Below, in pieces: positions 47,704 through 60,449 of a stretch of 64,000 bases of DNA (positions are counted from its first letter, which is position 1; every line of letters starts with the position of its first letter). This stretch comes from Felis catus (taxonomy: Eukaryota). Location of the stretch: contig NC_058368.1 in assembly GCF_018350175.1 (NCBI RefSeq), positions 122,328,001-122,392,000 of the forward strand, in the 5' to 3' direction. The notes below the pieces were generated by a model. It saw only the letters and a list, made by a program, of their open reading frames with translations, made no database searches and was not told where the DNA came from. The position numbers and the translations under genes were made by a program.

Positions 47704-47763
<60 letters not shown>

Positions 47764-50352
47764 ACCACATTTTTTTTATCCATTCATCCATTGATGGACA
47801 TTTGGGCTCTTTCCATACTTTGGCTATTGTTGATACTGCTGCTATAAACATGGGGGTGCATGTGTCCCTTCGAAACAGGACCCCTGTATCCCTTGGATAA
47901 ACGCCTAGTAGTGCAATTGCTGGGTTGTAGGGTAGTTCTATTTTTAGCTTTTTGAGGAAGCTCCATACTATTTTCCAGAGTGGCTGTACCAGCTTGCATT
48001 CCCACCAACAATGCAAAAGAGATCCTCTTTCTCCGCATCCTTGCCAACATCTGTTGTTGCCTGAGTTGTTCATGTTAGCCATCCTGACAGGTGTGAGGTG
48101 GTATCTCATTTGTGGTTTGATTTGTATTTCCCCAATGATGGTGATGTGGAGCATTTTTTCATGTGTCAGTTGGCCAACTGGATGTCTTCTTTGGAGAAGT
48201 GTCTATTCATGTCTTTCACCCATTTCTTCACTGGATTATTTGTTTTTTGGGTGTTGAGTTTGATAAGTTCTTTATAGATTTTGGATACTAACCCTTTATC
48301 TGATATGTCATTAGCAAATATCTTCTCCCATGCTGTCGGTTGCCTTTTAGTTTTGCTGATTGTTTCCTTCACTGTGCAGAAGCTTTTTATTTTGATGAAG
48401 TCCCAGTGGTTCATTTTTGCTTTTGTTTCCCTTGCCTCCAGAGACGTGTTGAGTAAGAAGTTGCTGCGGCCAAGATCAAAGAGGTTTTTGCCTGCTTTGT
48501 CCTCGAGGATTTTGATGGCTTCCTGTCTTACATTGAGGTCTTTCATCCATTTTGAGTTTATTTTTGTGTATGGTGTAAGAAAGTGGCCCCAGTTCATTCT
48601 TCTGCATGTCGCTGTCCAGGTTTCCCAGCACCACTTGCTAAGGAGACTGTCTTTATTCCATTGGATATTCTTTCCTCCTTTGTCAAAAATTAGTTGGCCA
48701 TACGTTTGTGGGTCCATTTCCGGGTTCTCTATTCTGTTCCATTGATCTGAATATCTGCTCTAGTGCCAGTACCATACTGTCTTGATGATTACAGCTTTGT
48801 AGTATAGCTTGAAGTCTGGGGTTGTGATGCCTCCTGCTTTGGTTTTCTTTTTCAAGATTGCTTTGGCTATTCAGGGTCTTTTCTGGTTCCATACAAATTT
48901 CAGAATTATTTGTTCTAGCGCTGTGAAGAATGCTGGTGTTACTTTGATAGGGATTGCATTGAATATGTAGATTGCTTTGGGTAGTATCGACATTTTAACA
49001 ATATTTGTTCTTCCTATCCAGGAGCATGGAATCTCTTTCCTTTTTTTGGTGTCTTCTTCAACTTCTTTCATAAATTTTCTAGTTTTCAGTGTATAGATTT
49101 TTCACCTCTTTGGTTAGATTTATTCCTAGGTATTTTATGGTTTTTTGTGCAACTGTAAATGGGATCGATTCCTTGATTTCTCTTTCTGTCACTTCATTGT
49201 TGGTGTATAGGAATGCAACTGATTTCTGTGCATTGATTTTATATCTTGCAACTTTGCTGAATTCATGAATCAGTTCTAGCAGTTTTTTGGTGGAACTTTT
49301 GGATTTTCCATATAGAGTATCATGTCATCTGTGAAGAGTGAAAGTTTGACCTCCTGGCTGATTTGGATGCCTTTTATTTCTTTGTGTTGTCTGATTGCAG
49401 AGGCTAAGACTTCCAATAGTATGTTGATTAACAGTGGTGAGAGTGGACATCCCTGTCTTGTTCCTGACCTTAGGGGGAAAGCTCTCAGTTTTCCCCATTG
49501 AGGATGATATTAGCATTGCGTCATTCATATATGGCTTTTATGATTTCGAGGTATGATTCTTCTATCCCTACTTTCTTGAGGGTTTTTATCAAGAAAGGAT
49601 GCTGTATTATGTCAATTTCTTTCTCTGCATCAATTGAGAGGATCATATGGTTCTTGTCCTTTCTTTTATTGATGTGATGAATCACGTTAATTGTTTTGCA
49701 GATATTGAACCAGCCCTGCATCCCAGGTATAAATCCCACTTGGTTGTGGTGAATAATTTTTTAATGTATTGTTGGATCCAGTTGGCTAATATCTTGTTGA
49801 GGATTTTAGCATCCATGTTCATTAGGGAAATTGGTCTATAGTTGTCCTTTTTAGTGGGGTCTCTGTCTGGTTTTGGAATCAAAGCAATCCTGGCTTCATA
49901 GAAAGAGTTTGCAAGTTTTCCTTCCATTTCTATTTTTTGGAACAGTTTCAAGAGAATAGGTGTTAACTCTTCCTTAAATGTTTGGAATAATTCCCCTGGA
50001 AAGCCGTCTGGCCCTGGACTCTTGTTTTGGGGCAGATTTTTTTATTACTAATTCAATTTCCTTACTGGTTATGGGTCTGTTCAAATTTTTTATTTCTTTC
50101 TGTTTCAGTTTTGGTAGTGTGTATGGTTCTAGGAATTTGTCCATTTCTTCTAGATTACCCATTTTATTGGCATATAATTGTTCATAATATCCCTTATTGT
50201 TTTTATTTCTGTTGTGTTGGTTGTGATCTCTCCTCTTTCATTCTTGATTTTATTTATTTGAGTCCTTTCCTTCTTCTTCTTCTTGATCAAACTGGCTAGT
50301 GGTTTATCAGTTTTGTTAATTCTTTCAAAGAACCAGCTTCTAGTTTCATTGA
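47133..50352 (-). mobile_element. About 3.2-kb 5'-truncated felid L1 (disrupted ORF2 with RT and C-terminal domains, 3'UTR, tail)
   Basis: Successive minus-strand ORF2 fragments ([78 protein letters not shown]) broken by stops and frameshifts; probable TSD tcaattaaatatatttt / tcaataaatacatttt. Confidence 0.97.
47521..47761. repeat. Compound (TA)/(CA)/(TG) microsatellite inside L1
   Basis: Read directly; ends in (TG)8 followed by about (TA)20. Confidence 0.95.
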
Positions 50353-51519
50353 TCAATAAATACATTTTTTTTAATGGAAATTCACAAAGGGTCCAACTGA
50401 GTATTTCTTGGTTGGGATCTCTCACGTGGTTGCAGTGAGATGTCAGCTGGGGCTTGAGTGGGCTGGGTGTCTGAGATGGCTCCCTCACAAAGTGACTACT
50501 CATGCTGTCTGATGGGGGCTGAGCTGAGGTGTCAACTGAATGCCTACACATGTTTCCTCAGCATGACCATCTCAAAACAGATGGACTTCCTACATGGTAG
50601 CACAGGGCTCCATGTACTGACATTCCAGCCAAAAAGGGGGAAACTGCATCACCTTTTCTGACCCAACATCAGAAGTCATGCATTGTCACTTTTCTGCATG
50701 TTATTGCTTACCAGTCTTCCCAGGCTGCACCTCTGAATAAGAGGAAGATCAAATGATATGCAGCTACCATCATTGTCTACCATTCCATGAATACATTCCC
50801 ACCATTTCTACAACTTTGGCATTTCTCTCTGTGTACAGGATCCTCTCACTCTTCCTTGTCTATTTGCCAAGCTCTACTGACCCTACATGACACATCCCCA
50901 CTGCAAAGCTTCCATTCTCCTCTCCACCTGGTAGTGTTCATCATCTCCTCCGGACCACCACGTAACCTCTTTTAGAATGCCTTTTGCTGATGTAACTGTT
51001 TACCTCATCTCTATGACTGTGCTCTAAGCTCCTTGAAGGCAGGAACAGTCTTATTTCTCTCCGTACTTCACATATTAACTGTCACTCATATATACTTCCC
51101 TCATTCACTGCCCTCAATACATGTTTGCTAGATGACAGAATTCGATTATATGGCCAAACAGCTTTTCAAATGTTAAAGTGCTATTCTAACAAAAGCTATC
51201 ATTATTTTACAAAACAAGTGAATCTTTTACTGAGGAAAGTGTAATAGCTTCTACTGACAGCTTTCTACTTGCCCAATTCTAAATGGGTAATCCATTTTCC
51301 TGTCAAAAAATTATTTAAATGTTTGTATTTCTTTCATTCTTTCTCTTGCCCAAACACTAGTGATACCTAGTTGTTTGTCCTTTATACTGTATCTGTTATT
51401 TGGATCACTGTTCCTCAGGTTTTCTCAGTGAGTCACCTTTCCATGAAACTGTTTTATCAGGCCAAACCTTTACACCCTTTATAGTCTTGTAGCTAATTTT
51501 TTTATCATCTAATGTTCAT

Positions 51520-51960
51520 GCAGCTTTACTTTTTATCTTTCATTAGTCTCTCATTTATTCAATAGAAATGTTTCGGGCACCTGGGGGCCTACTACGTACC
51601 AGGCATTATAATGAACCCTGGGAAACACAAGTTAAGATCCATCTTTGCAAGAAATTTAGAGGTTGGAGGACAAAGATGTGGTAGATGTTAAGCCAGAGAC
51701 CTGCAGAGAGGAGTACCGGTTTGGGTACCTAGTCCTGTCTGCAGCGGGGAGGAAAAGCCCTCCAGAAGGAGAGTGACCATCTATAAAAATAAAAGTAATT
51801 CAATGAATAAATAAGGTGAAATTTAAACAAGAGAGAGCCTCTGGGCCACAGGTATGGAGATAGGCAAGGGCAGAAATGGGAAGAAAGCAAACAGTTAATG
51901 CTCTTGGTGTGTAAATTATGAGACAGAAAATTGTAGGTTTCTGGAGACTCAAGCTAGCAA
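51520..51960. mobile_element. L2 remnant
   Basis: tcatttattcaatagaaatgtt...gcacct...tactacgtaccaggcatt...ggaaaagccctccagaagg. Confidence 0.55.
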
Positions 51961-53107
51961 AGTGGTAAACTGTCTTGGTTTTCAAGTGGTACAGTCTCTG
52001 GAAATCTCTAACTAAGAAGCTAGTTACTTACCAAAAGGACTCAAAACACAATCGTGGACAACCAAAATCAAGGAAATTAAAAAAAATTATTATGCAGCCA
52101 TTTATCCAAGCCAAGTGGAATCGGCTGCCTATATATTTATATTTATATACTATTACATTTATATAATAAATAGAAATATTTTTATATATTTATAAAAATA
52201 TATATCCAGTCTAAGCTCTGTTTTACCATCTGAGAGGCTCTGGGAACACTTTATTCATGTATCTTCTTCCATCAAATGAGAGAATGCATGATATTTCTGC
52301 CTATCTCAGAGAGCTGGAGGCAAGACCACAGATGGTGGTATAAGGAGAAGTTCCTTTTGTACACAAGGGTTACTTTTGCCCCATCAGCTTCTCTGCCATT
52401 TCTACTGGTGATAGAAAATGTCTCTTTCCTTCTTTCTTTGGGACCGACCGCCCCTACCTCACTCCATGTGTGAGCAGGTGACCTTAGTGGAACCAGTCAG
52501 AACTATTTACATATTGAACAATGCAGGACTAAGCATACATTCCAGTTTGGTTCACAGGTGATCAAGTAGTTCCACCTTGTTCAGTCAAAAATAAATCTTA
52601 TAATTCAGAGAAAATTTGGAAAGGAGAAGCTTTCCAATGAGCTGCTAAGTTACCTTTGTTCAAACCAAACACCACTGAACGGCCGCAACTAGTAAGGAAA
52701 TGCCCAAAAAAGAAGACCACAGAGGAAACCAGAGCAGAGAAGAGCGAGGTAATTCATGATTAGATGTGAGTGCCTGGTTACAACTATCCTAAAAAAAAAA
52801 AAAAATACACTGCCATCATTAATTAATTTCCATTTTTAAGTGACTTTTACTTTGGTTTCTGTATCTTCAAACCATAAGGACTCCAAAAGTATAAAGTCCT
52901 GCATATAATTTATGGTAATATAATATCTGTAGATTCTATATTTTATCTAAATATATCCTTTCCTTTTACTATTACATTCTGACTTTCATTTTCAAAACAA
53001 TATCCAAAGCTATAATTCAAGGAAACTTTCCTGGAAACAAATTAATTATATGTACCATATAATTCAGAAAATTGACTGAAATAATTATCACCAAGATATG
53101 TAATATC

Positions 53108-54500
53108 TTTTTTAACAGCTTTATTGAGTTATATTCATATATCATCAATTCATCCATGTAAAGTGTACAATTCAATGTCCTTTTAGTGTCATGGCCAAGA
53201 AATCATTACCAAGTCCACTGCCATGAAGACTTTTCCCAGTGTTTTTTCTAAGAGTTTATATTTCTAGTAGTTAGATTTATTTCCCTAATCCATTTAGAGT
53301 TCATTTTTGTATACGGTGTGTGGTAGGGGTCCAATTTCATTCTTCTGCATGTGGATATCCATTTGTCCCAGCATCATTTGTTGAAAAGACTAATCTTTCT
53401 CCCATTGAATTGGCTTGGCACTCTTGCTGAAAAACCGGTTGATTACAGGTGTAAGGTTTATTTCTGGATTCCCAATTCAATTCCACTGATCTCTATCAGT
53501 TCTTAATCCAGGACTGCACAGTTTTGATTACTACAGTTTTGTAACAAGTTTTAAAGTTGGAAAACCTGAGTCCTCCAACTTTATTCTCCTCTTTCAAGAT
53601 TATTTTAGCTAGCTACTCTGGACCCCTTACATATGCATATCAATTTTAGCAATGGCTTATCAATTTCTGCAAAAAATACAGCTGTTTCCTTACAAGCATT
53701 ACATTGAATCTTTAGATCAATTTGGCAAGTACTAACATCTTAAAATTTATATCTTCTTATCCATGAATATAGGATGTCTTTCTACTTATTTCGAGTTTTA
53801 ATTTCTTTCAATAGTGTCTTCTAGTTTTCAGTGTACAACTCTTGAATTCCGTGGATTGAATTTATACTTAGTATTTTTTTTGATGCAACTATAAATGCAT
53901 CATAAATGTGAAATGTTAATTTGGAATATTCATTAGTGTATAGAAATACAATCTTTAAAAAAAAAGTTTTACTTTTAAGTAATCTCTATATCCAATGTGG
54001 GGCTCGAATTTATAATCCCAGCATCAAAAGTCACACGCTCTACTGACTGAACCAGCCAGAGTCCCCTACAATCAATCTTTACAAATTGATTTTACGACCT
54101 GCAACCTTGCTGAGCTTGTTTATTATTTATAATTACTTTTTAGTAGATACCTTAGAATTTTCTGTACAGATTAGTTCATCTGTGATAGAAATAGTTTTAT
54201 TTCTTCCTTTCCAACCTAGATGTCTTTATTTCTTTTTCTTGCCTAACTGCCCTGGCAAAAACCTCCAATATAATGTTGAATAGAAATTATGAGAGCAGTC
54301 ATTTTTTTCTTGTTTCTGATCTTAAGCAGAGATAATTAGGTCTTTTCTCAGTAAGTATGATATTAGCTATGGATTTTTTTTGTAGAGGTCTTTTATCAGA
54401 ATGAGGAAGTTCTATTTTATTTCTTGTTTGTTGAGGTTTTTTTTTTAATCATGAAAAGTTATTAGATTTTGGCAAACATTTTTTCTGTGTTTAATGAATG
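53108..54500 (-). mobile_element. Ancient L1M (3' tip joined to ORF2 remnants)
   Basis: ttttaacagctttattgag...aagtgtacaattcaatg then ttcattcttctgcatgtggatatcc...tgttgaaaagact...aaacctccaatataatgttgaatag. Confidence 0.85.
53955..54066 (-). mobile_element. Short Can-SINE
   Basis: aatctctatatccaatgtggggctcgaa...cacgctctactgactgaaccagccagagtcccc. Confidence 0.85.
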
Positions 54501-54943
54501 AGATATATTCTTGACAGAATTAGTGACTTCAAAGGAAAAAAAGTTATTTGAGCATGTAAACAAGACAGTCAATATGAAGGAAAATCAAATCGCCATCAGA
54601 AGTCTCAACATCTCAAATCTCAATATCTCAAAAGAAAACGGAGTAACATATCTAATATACTCAAGGAAAGTAAATGTGAGCCAAAGATTTTATATCTAGC
54701 CAAACTGACTTTCAAACATAAAGGCAGATGGCAATCAAAATACAAGAACTCAAAGTCTAATGTTGTTATAAGCCCACATAAGCTATGACTATAATTAAAG
54801 CATAGACTTTAAAAATTATAACAAATCAATTTTAAATATATTTTTAAAGTGTGACTTCTTAGAATAAAAATAGCTCACCACAACTAACTCTAGAAGAATC
54901 AGAAATTATAAGAAGACCTTTACCCATTAAAGAAAGTAAACCA

Positions 54944-56629
54944 TAAAAAGCTTAGGAAGGAAATTGAAGAAGATACAAAGAAGTGGAAAAACATTCCATG
55001 CTCATGGATTGGAAGAATAAATATTGTTGAAGTGTCAATACAACCCAAAGCAATCTACACATTCAACGCAATCCCAAAGTTTCGCCAGCATTCTTCTCGA
55101 AGCTAGAACAAGCAATTGTAAAATTTGTATGGAACCACAAAAGATCCCCAATAGCCAAAGTAATATTGAAGAAGAAGACCAAAGCGGGAGGCATCACAAT
55201 CCCAGACTTTACCCACTACTACAAAGCTGTAATCATCAAGACAGCATGGTATTGGCTCAAAAACAGACACATAGACCAAAGGAATAGAATAAAGACTCCA
55301 GAATTGGACCCACAAAAGTATGGCCAACTAATCTTTGACAAAGCAGGAAAGAATATCCAATGGAAAAAAAACAGTCTCTTTAACAAATGGTACTGGGAAA
55401 ACTGGACAGCAACATGCAGAAGAATGAAACTAGACCACTTGCTTACACCATTCACAAAAATAAACTCAAAATGGATGAAGGACCTGAATGTAAGACAGGA
55501 AACCATCAAAACTCTAGAGGAGAAAGCAGGAAACAACCTCTCTGACTTCAGCCACAGCAATTTCTTACTTGACACATCTCCAAAGGCAAGGGAATTAAAA
55601 GCAAAAATGAACTATTGAGACCTCATGAAGTTAAAAATCTTCTGCAGTGCAAAGGAAACAATCAACAGAACTAAAAGGCAACCGATCGGAATGGGAAAAG
55701 ATATTTGCAAATGACATATCAGACAAAGGGCTAGTATCCAAAATCTATAAAGAAATCACCAAACTCCACACCCTAAAAACAAATAATCCAGTAAAGAAAT
55801 GGGCAGAAGACATGAATAGACACTTCTCTAAAGAAGACATCCAGATGGCCAGCAGGCACATGAAAAAGATGCTCAATGTCACTCCTCATCAGGGAAATAC
55901 AAATCAAAACCACACTGATATATCACCTTATGCCAGTCAGAGTGGTTAAAATGAACAAATCAGGAGACTATACATGCTGGTGAGGATGTGGAGAAATGGG
56001 AACCCTCTTGCACTGTTGGTGGGAATGCAAAATGGTGCAGCCGCTCTGTAAAAACAGTGTGGAGGTTCCTCAAAAAATTAAAAATAGATCTACCCTATGA
56101 CCTAGCAATAGCACTGCTAGGAATTTACCCAAGGGATACAGGAGTGCTGGTGCATAGGGGCACTTGTACTCCAATGTTTATAGCAGCACTTTCAACAATA
56201 GCTATATTACAGAAAGAGCCTAAATGTCCATCCACTGATGAATGGATAAAGAAATTGTGGTTTATATATACTATGGAATACTACTTGGCAATGAGAAAGA
56301 ATGAAATATGGCCTTTTGTAGCAATGTGGATAGAACTGGAGAGTGTTATGCTAAGTGAAATAAGTCATACAGAGAAAGACAGATACCATATATTTTCACT
56401 CTTATGTGGATCCTGAGAAACTTAAGAGCAGACCATGGTGGAGGGGAAGGGGAAAAAAAAAAAAGCTAGAGAGGGAAGGAGGCAAACCATAAGAGACTCT
56501 TAAAAACTGAGAATAAACTGAGTGTTGATGGGGGGTGGGAGGGAGTGAAAGTGGGTGATGGGCATTGAGGATGAGCACTGGGTGTTGTATGGAAACCAAT
56601 TTGACAACAAATTTCATATTATAAATAAA

Positions 56630-56669
<40 letters not shown>

Positions 56670-56678
56670 AATAAAAAT
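54944..56678 (+). mobile_element. About 1.7-kb 5'-truncated felid L1 with (AAAT)n tail
   Basis: ORF2 fragments 55166-55618, 55647-55949, 55988-56416; TSD aaagtaaacca 54933-54943 / 56679-56689. Confidence 0.97.
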
Positions 56679-56913
56679 AAAGTAAACCAGTAACTAAAAA
56701 TTTATTCCTACACACACACAAAATACCAGACTTCCAAAGAATTCCTTCCAGAGAAGAAAAAATGCTTCCCAACTCATTTCATCAAACTAGGATAACCCTG
56801 AGATGAGAACAGTAAGAATAAGGAAAAGTAATTACTAGAGAAACTTATGAACATAAATATAAACTAAGAAAATATTAGCACTACGTAACTATGGCACAAA
56901 AGAATACTGCCTA

Positions 56914-57025
56914 GGGGCACATGGTTGGCTCAGTCGAAAAAGGAGGTGACTCTTGATCGCAGGGTCATGAGTTTGAGCCCCAGGTTGGGCACAGAGATTA
57001 CTTAAATAAATTAAACTTTAAAAAA
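56914..57025 (+). mobile_element. Short Can-SINE
   Basis: ggggcacatggttggctcagtcg...tgactcttgatcgcagggtcatgagtttgagcccc; flanks aagaatactgccta / aaaatacatattgccta. Confidence 0.85.
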
Positions 57026-57475
57026 TACATATTGCCTAATTGTGGCCAAGTTGTGTTTTTTCCAGTAATGAAGCAATAGTTTACTATTAGAAAATTAATA
57101 TAATTTATAATATTAAGAAATTAAAAGGGAACAAAATAATTCATCTCAATTTAACTAGAAATAAAAAGCTAGCAGATACAATTTTTTGTATCCCAGTTAT
57201 TTAACTAGATTATTTAACTAGAAATAAAAAGTTAGCAAATACAATTTTTAATAGTACAATGTGCTATTTTAGAAATATTTAACTAAAGATATGTAATATG
57301 TCTAAAGGAAAATCATAAAGCCTTGTTAAAAGATTAAGATTTAAATAAATATAGAAATAATTTCCACAAAATAAAATATCCACATAATAAAAATATTAAT
57401 TCTCCCAAACTTAATTTATAAATTCAATTCCACTTAAAATACCACTGTTTTTCATGGTTTTTCACAAGTCAGGTT

Positions 57476-57621
57476 ATTTTTTACATTCCACTTATGAGTG
57501 AAATCATGTGGTATTTGTCTTTCTCGGTCTGACGTATTTCACTTAGCAAAATACCCTCTAGGTTCATTCATATTGTCTCAAATGGCACAATCTCATCCCT
57601 TTTTGTGTCTCCATGATATTC

Positions 57622-57670
<49 letters not shown>

Positions 57671-57808
57671 CATCACATATTCCTTATCCATTCATCTACT
57701 GATGGAAACTTACCTTGCTTTCATATCTTGGTTATTGTAAATAAGGCTGCAATAAAACATAAGGGTGCATATATCTTTCTGAATCAGGGTTTTTGTTTTC
57801 TTTAGGTT
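57476..57808 (-). mobile_element. L1 ORF2-end fragment lacking 3'UTR, containing (TG)21
   Basis: acattccacttatgagtgaaatcatgtggtatttgtctttc...ttatccattcatc; flanks aagtcaggtt 57466-57475 / aagtcagttt 57809-57818. Confidence 0.85.
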
Positions 57809-60179
57809 AAGTCAGTTTTAAAATTAAGGGTAATGCAAAGGTCCTGGACTAGCTCAGAGAATTTTTAGAAAAAATCAAGTTTGAAGGCAGTGAGAAACTT
57901 GAGGGAAAAAAATCAATTTTGGAAATTTTTACCTCCAGGTAGCAAAATCACAAAGCTATAGTAATTAAGATACCATGGCCTTAGTAGATTTAGATAAATT
58001 GACCAATGGAACAAAACAGAAAGCTCAGAAATAGACCTATACATATGCAGAAACTTGATCTAAGACAGAGAAGTTTGTTAAAGATCAGTGGGAAAATGAC
58101 AAGGTATCTACAAATGATATTGGGACATATATGGGTAAATAAAAACTGGATCCTTACTACACACTGAACCAAAAATCAATTCTTGGTATGATAAGGATCT
58201 AAATATGAAAAGCAAAAACCTCAAAATGTTGAGGAAAATACACCAACTTTATGACTTTAGAGTGTTTACTAAATAAAATACAAAAATGCATAAAGACAAA
58301 TAAATTCAACTATATTAAAATTAAAACCTTCTGTTCATCAAAAGATACCAAAAATATACAATATATGTCAAAACCCAAAGATTTTGTTAATATGACAAAA
58401 TATTAGCATATATATGTATATAAGTGTATATCTCCCCAGCAGATGTGTATTTTATACATACCTATAAAATAAATAATAATAAATTTGAAATATTGATAAA
58501 GTATATGAAGCCAATGTGATAGAAGAAATTCAAATATATAAAAAAAAAAATGTGTTCACATTGACCAGTAATCATAAAAGTGATCATTAAAACAATAATG
58601 GAAAACCATTTCACAGGTGACTGATAGACTTAAAAATTTTTAAGAATTGGGGACTATTTGAAGAAAAAGGATATTTCACATACTGATGGGTATGAATGGA
58701 TACAACCTCTTCCAGAACAATTTGATGACATCTAATTAAGTTGAGGATATTCCTATCCTATGACCATTCACTCCCACTTCTGGGTACATAGACCTCCTTT
58801 CCCCCATATGAAGAAGGAAAGCTATATAACTATGTCCATCATCTGATGAGTGAATAAGCAACTGTGGTATATTTATAAAGTGAAATTGTTATGCAAGAGT
58901 GAAAACGACCAAAGCTACAGGTCTCAACATGGATGAGTCTGGAAAAATTCACACTCAGGAAAAAAAGGCAAGTTACAGAAAAAATTACCATTTAATGCAA
59001 TTTACATAAAATTATAAAACAAGTAAAATAATACTAAAAATACTAAAGCAATATAAATGTGTAATAGAAATACAGAGAGCTGATGGAAATGATAAATACC
59101 AAAATTGGATCTGTATTACTTTTGCAGGTGCAAGAAAAATTTTAAGTGGATTCATCATGACATTTTTTTAAGTGGTGGTGGGTACATAGTATGTATTGTA
59201 CTATTCTTTATACCTTTTTCTATGTCCAAATTATCTCAAATAATTAATAATTTTTAAAGAGAGAAAATCTCACACAATCATGGTAAGACGTTTAGATTCT
59301 AAGTAAACCGAGTGAAAATATATAAACACCCCACATAGGCACTGCCCATTTAAAAACAAAGATTCAATGGAAACATACATGCGCAGTGAAAGAGTGGAAA
59401 GATACAGACTATAAAGTTCACAGTAGTTAACATTTGGTGTTAGAATTATGATAGTTTTTAGTTTTATTTGTGTTGTCTGCTTCATTTTCTCTAATGAGTA
59501 TAATGAGCTCTTCATGAATCTGTTGAATCGATTAATAAACACTTTTCAATGTCACAGTTGTAACAGTGACAATCGATGCACTTGTGCTGAAATGTCTTTA
59601 AGAAGCAAACATAATCAGAAAAATGCTTCAGAGCTGCACGTCTACATACATTTTATTTGACCTACTTGAGAAAAGAGGTTTAAAACAGGACAATGCCCAG
59701 CCTTCCATGAACTTACCAATTAAAAACAGATGGTTAAAAAGCGTAAGAGGTCTACAAGTTTGGCATAAAAGAATTGCACTTGAATTTCTGTGCTCCTTGA
59801 CACTGTAGACATGCGGATAATACCCACTCCGCCTTTCTAGTTCCAGAGAGGAGCTAATGTCTTTCATGAGAGTGTGAAATGGTTGTCAAACATGTCTTTT
59901 TTGTCACTGTCTTTTTCACACCAAATGTTCTACTTTCTTCATCAAACGGGGAAAAGATAGCACTGCAGCCCTCCCTCAACTATAGAAAATGGATATAATT
60001 GAAACATAATTTGTGTTGGGGTTTTGTTTTTAACTCACCTCCTTAGTGTAGATGCCTCCTCTCTGAGCAACCAGCACAGTATGGTTGTACAGGACTTCCA
60101 TAATTCACTATCTTGTCCAGCTTGTGATAAAACAGCAGTGAAAGGATATATATTTCTCTGCAGGATTTGATTCCTACTG

Positions 60180-60275
60180 AAAGAAAGAAAGGGGGGGGTG
60201 GGAGAGAGGAAGGAAGGAAGGGAGGAAGAAAAGAAAGGAGGGAGGGAGGAAGAAAGAAAAGAAGGAAAGAAAGAG
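60180..60275. repeat. GA-rich low-complexity tract
   Basis: Read directly. Confidence 0.85.
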
Positions 60276-60449
60276 TATCTCAGATTATATAAAGGAAAAG
60301 GTTCTGGAAATGTAGGAAACAGCTGTTGGTCTGATCGGTCATTTTACAAATATTAAGCAGCACTGACCATCATATAATGCACACCACCTGTATTGAGAAT
60401 CATTGTTAACTTATGGCCAACTGCAATACCTTAAGCTTATTTGGTGATC

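Larger units (their letters stand above)
46850..50750 (-). mobile_element. MLT1-type LTR split into 46850-46923 and 50385-50750 by SINE+L1
   Basis: ccaaaatttagtgacttaaaac...ggtcagaaattca | ...gttgcagtgagatgtcagctgggg...gatggctccctcac...ttcctacatgg...gaagtcatgcattgtcactt. Confidence 0.75.
54520..59260 (+). mobile_element. Highly degraded ancient L1M (ORF1-like, ORF2-like and 3' remnants) hosting younger insertions
   Basis: ORF1-like aagattttatatctagccaaactgactttcaa; ORF2-like cttcccaactcattt, ttctcccaaacttaatttataaattcaa, agaaatagacctatacatatg, aattaaaaccttctgttcatcaaaaga. Confidence 0.65.

Noticed and set aside
47404..47900. YI/CV-rich ORFs
   Set aside because: Microsatellite translations
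47133..50352. Reverse transcriptase ORFs as an active element or novel RT system
   Set aside because: Ordinary 5'-truncated L1 ORF2 with many frameshifts and stops; no ORF1, endonuclease domain or promoter
54944..56678. ORFs of 150, 100 and 142 aa
   Set aside because: Frameshifted L1 ORF2 C-terminal fragments
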